Source: Tubiluchus corallicola
Lineage: Eukaryota > Animalia > Priapulida
Reading direction: 5' to 3'
Length of the DNA: 64,000 bases
Assembly: GCA_030141605.1 (NCBI GenBank)
Contig: JAQGDQ010000314.1
Span: 214,492-278,491 of the forward strand
Positions 62,787-64,000 of the stretch are shown here, piece after piece. The notes beneath the pieces are model-generated. The model was given only the letters and a program-made list of their open reading frames with translations, was not told where the DNA came from and ran no database searches. Each line of letters opens with the position of its first letter. Within the stretch, counting starts at the first letter, position 1. Position numbers and translations under genes: made by a program.

Positions 62787-63421
62787 TGAATAGTAGTAGT
62801 GACAGACTTTGAACTCTCGTTTGTTGATCCAGTACGTCATGGTTATGCTGATGCAGTTGGTTTCCTGATTGGTTCAGGGCCCGTTCCAATTATGGTTACT
62901 AGTTGCGGTTATGATGGTTATGGTTATGTCAGTCACAGGTTATGGCAATGGTTACACTGCTATGCAGCTGATGGATGGAGTTCATGCCACACTACGTTTG
63001 CTATATGGAGTCTAAGACAATATTAGCTATTATAAATTGTCCTGTCTTCATTTGTAAATATTGTAAAATACTTAGATTGCATAAAAAATCACCCCCAAAA
63101 ACAATATAAAACACAAAACTAAATAGATAGTGTTCTTGCATTGTAACCATGTATAATCACAGATAGCCTGTGCTAGTTTATATAATTTTTGATATTTATT
63201 TGGATGTGCCTTTAAGGTACTTATTTTGATTTTTCTCACCCATATATTTTGACACATAACTTACGCATGTATTTGATACAGTATTTGAGATAGATGGTAG
63301 GTTTTTGCAGGTTTCTCTGTGATCGTTATTTAGTTGTCTAGCATTTTACTACCTGATAGGATTGAGCAAGTTGTTTATTACTTGAACCTTGAACTTAAAA
63401 TTTTTGTTTTCGTTTCCAGAG

Positions 63422-64000
63422 TGTCACGGATTCCCGTGATTGAATTCTACTCTACAGCATTGTAAACTAGTTTATTCCGGTTCTATAACCTTTGCAAATT
63501 TATCTAGAGTGATTCAATTAGGTTAACCTTGAGTTATTCATACGGGCTTCATTCCGAAGCTATAAATTCCTTCGTCACCATTGTACAGGTGAGCATTTGA
63601 CGGTTGCTTTTCCTACAAGCAGACGTCAAATGGTCCGCCTAATTCGTTAGGTGAATTTTTTTCCCCCTTTCTTTAATAGTTTTTTTTTTTGGTTATGTGC
63701 TGATGTGTATCTATAATTAGATTTACTGCTGTTATAAGAAGTAACTATGTAATTGCGACAAATCTTGTGAATTGAATAAACTTTATTTGGGTGGCCACTC
63801 CTTTTTAAACCAATGGTTATGCGGTTTTTGTTAAGAGTTAAAATTTAGTCTAAATTATATGTTTCAGTAACAGCAAACCATTCTAATTATCAACTCGTAG
63901 ACTTAAGCGTTATGCACCTTTCTATAAAAAAAATACACTAGACTATATACACTTCCACGTAATTGTTTAACTAAGAACCAGGCCGACGTCTCTCCCACAA
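63422..64000 (+). repeat. 3' LTR (truncated by window end, ~29 bp missing)
   Basis: Direct repeat of 55507-56081. Confidence 0.96.

Larger units (their letters stand above)
55507..64000 (+). mobile_element. Full-length BEL/Pao LTR retrotransposon inserted antisense in an ATXN10 intron
   Basis: 5' LTR 55507-56110 (TGTCAC..TTCACA), PBS-like TGGTGCC at 56111, a single gag-pol ORF, and a 3' LTR from 63422 running off the window. Confidence 0.98.

Overview
AT-rich invertebrate animal genomic DNA with spliceosomal introns, so most short ORFs in the supplied track are spurious. From left to right the window holds: an intronless doublecortin (DCX)-domain gene (-); a decayed Penelope-like retroelement; a disabled PAN/apple + pentraxin-domain gene (-); a complete four-exon Wnt7 gene (+, 15992-38229, 353 aa); and the last seven coding exons of ataxin-10 (ATXN10, -), tail-to-tail with Wnt7 as in human. 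ATXN10 keeps a U12-type (minor spliceosome) last intron. That intron contains a solo LTR with a perfect heat-shock element and a TATA box pointing antisense to ATXN10. An upstream ATXN10 intron holds a coding-intact BEL/Pao LTR retrotransposon (55507 to beyond 64000). Its two LTRs differ only in one block, and its leader has an array of splice-acceptor-like motifs. Also present are several MITEs (piggyBac, hAT, Tc1/pogo, Kolobok-like), LINE fragments, long microsatellites and a 330-bp near-perfect palindrome in Wnt7 intron 2. All calls were made by eye; no searches were run.
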